Source: Cyanobacteriota bacterium (GTDB taxonomy: Bacteria; Cyanobacteriota; Cyanobacteriia; Cyanobacteriales; Nostocaceae). From it: 28,052 nucleotides of DNA. The stretch is taken from positions 1 to 28,052 of the forward strand of contig JBJOKS010000043.1 of assembly GCA_046045965.1 (NCBI GenBank). The letters are read 5' to 3'. Of this stretch, positions 27,667 through 28,052 are shown one piece after another. Every line of letters starts with the position of its first letter. The first letter of the stretch is position 1. The notes below the pieces were generated by a model that saw only the letters and a program-made list of their open reading frames with translations, was not told the DNA's origin and did not search any database. Position numbers and translations under genes: made by a program.

Positions 27667-27748
27667 TGTCTGAATCAGGACACCCTTCGGGAAGTCAAAA
27701 GTCAAAAGTCAGAATCAGGATATCCAGGATTTTAGGATTTACAGGATG
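27667..27748 (+). repeat. CAGGAT-family repeat with nested CCCTTCGGG hairpin and GTCAAAA heptamers
   Basis: TGTCTGAATCAGGA-CACCCTTCGGGAA-GTCAAAA-GTCAAAA-GTCAGAATCAGGATATCCAGGATTTTAGGATTTACAGGATG. Confidence 0.8.
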
Positions 27749-27907
27749 ATAATTTAAATATTGTAGGTAGATTGTGTTAATTTTGGCTGTAGCTTCTGGA
27801 AGAGATAGGTTAAGAGGCTAATTTGTGATCTAAATTGGTGATTTTTGCAGATTGAGAGGGAATACTAAAATAAATATTCTTTGTCAGATAAAGGGGAATT
27901 TTGACTA

Positions 27908-28052
27908 ATGGACTGGACAACTATTCTCAAAGCACAACAGACTGATTTTATAGCCAGAATTAAATCAGGTGACTTACTCCATTGTGAGAAGGAAGGCCAG
28001 CATAGTGAGTTGACGGTTATCTCTGGAGAGAGGTTAAAGCAATTACGGGATT
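27908..28052 (+). CDS. 5' end of a conserved cyanobacterial protein (recalled as TPR-containing), runs off the window
   Basis: MDWTTILKAQQTDFIARIKSGDLLHCEKEGQHSELTVISGERLKQLRD, open to the window end; AAGGGG upstream. Confidence 0.7.
   Translation, partial: MDWTTILKAQQTDFIARIKSGDLLHCEKEGQHSELTVISGERLKQLRD

Overview
This 28-kb chromosomal window comes from a cyanobacterium, most likely Nostocales: it has abundant HIP1 GCGATCGC octamers, chlH, Uma2 genes and Nostocales-type short dispersed repeats. The core scaffold is pyrF (3' end), chlH, murF, a histone-deacetylase-family gene, gyrA-lnt and a DUF1995 gene. Two accessory/defence blocks flank chlH. The left block holds two divergent PIN/VapC toxin-antitoxin pairs (one toxin carries a nonsense codon) and a stand-alone patatin. 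The right block holds a complete BglII-like C-R-M restriction-modification system, ParDE and HigBA modules each next to a HIP1 tandem array, a degenerate Uma2 gene and an orphan C5 methyltransferase. Several features are missing from the ORF track: (1) the REase appears to begin at a non-canonical ATT codon; (2) the same palindromic operator lies upstream of the C and M genes; (3) a 6S-RNA-like ncRNA and a 45-aa membrane microprotein lie upstream of murF; (4) a decayed copy of the deacetylase 5' end brackets phoX and records how phoX was inserted; (5) two 11-bp-periodic Pho-box arrays precede phoX; (6) an orphan consensus promoter drives a hairpin RNA antisense to a vapC; (7) a repeat is inserted in frame in lnt. 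All family assignments come from motif recognition and recall, not database searches.
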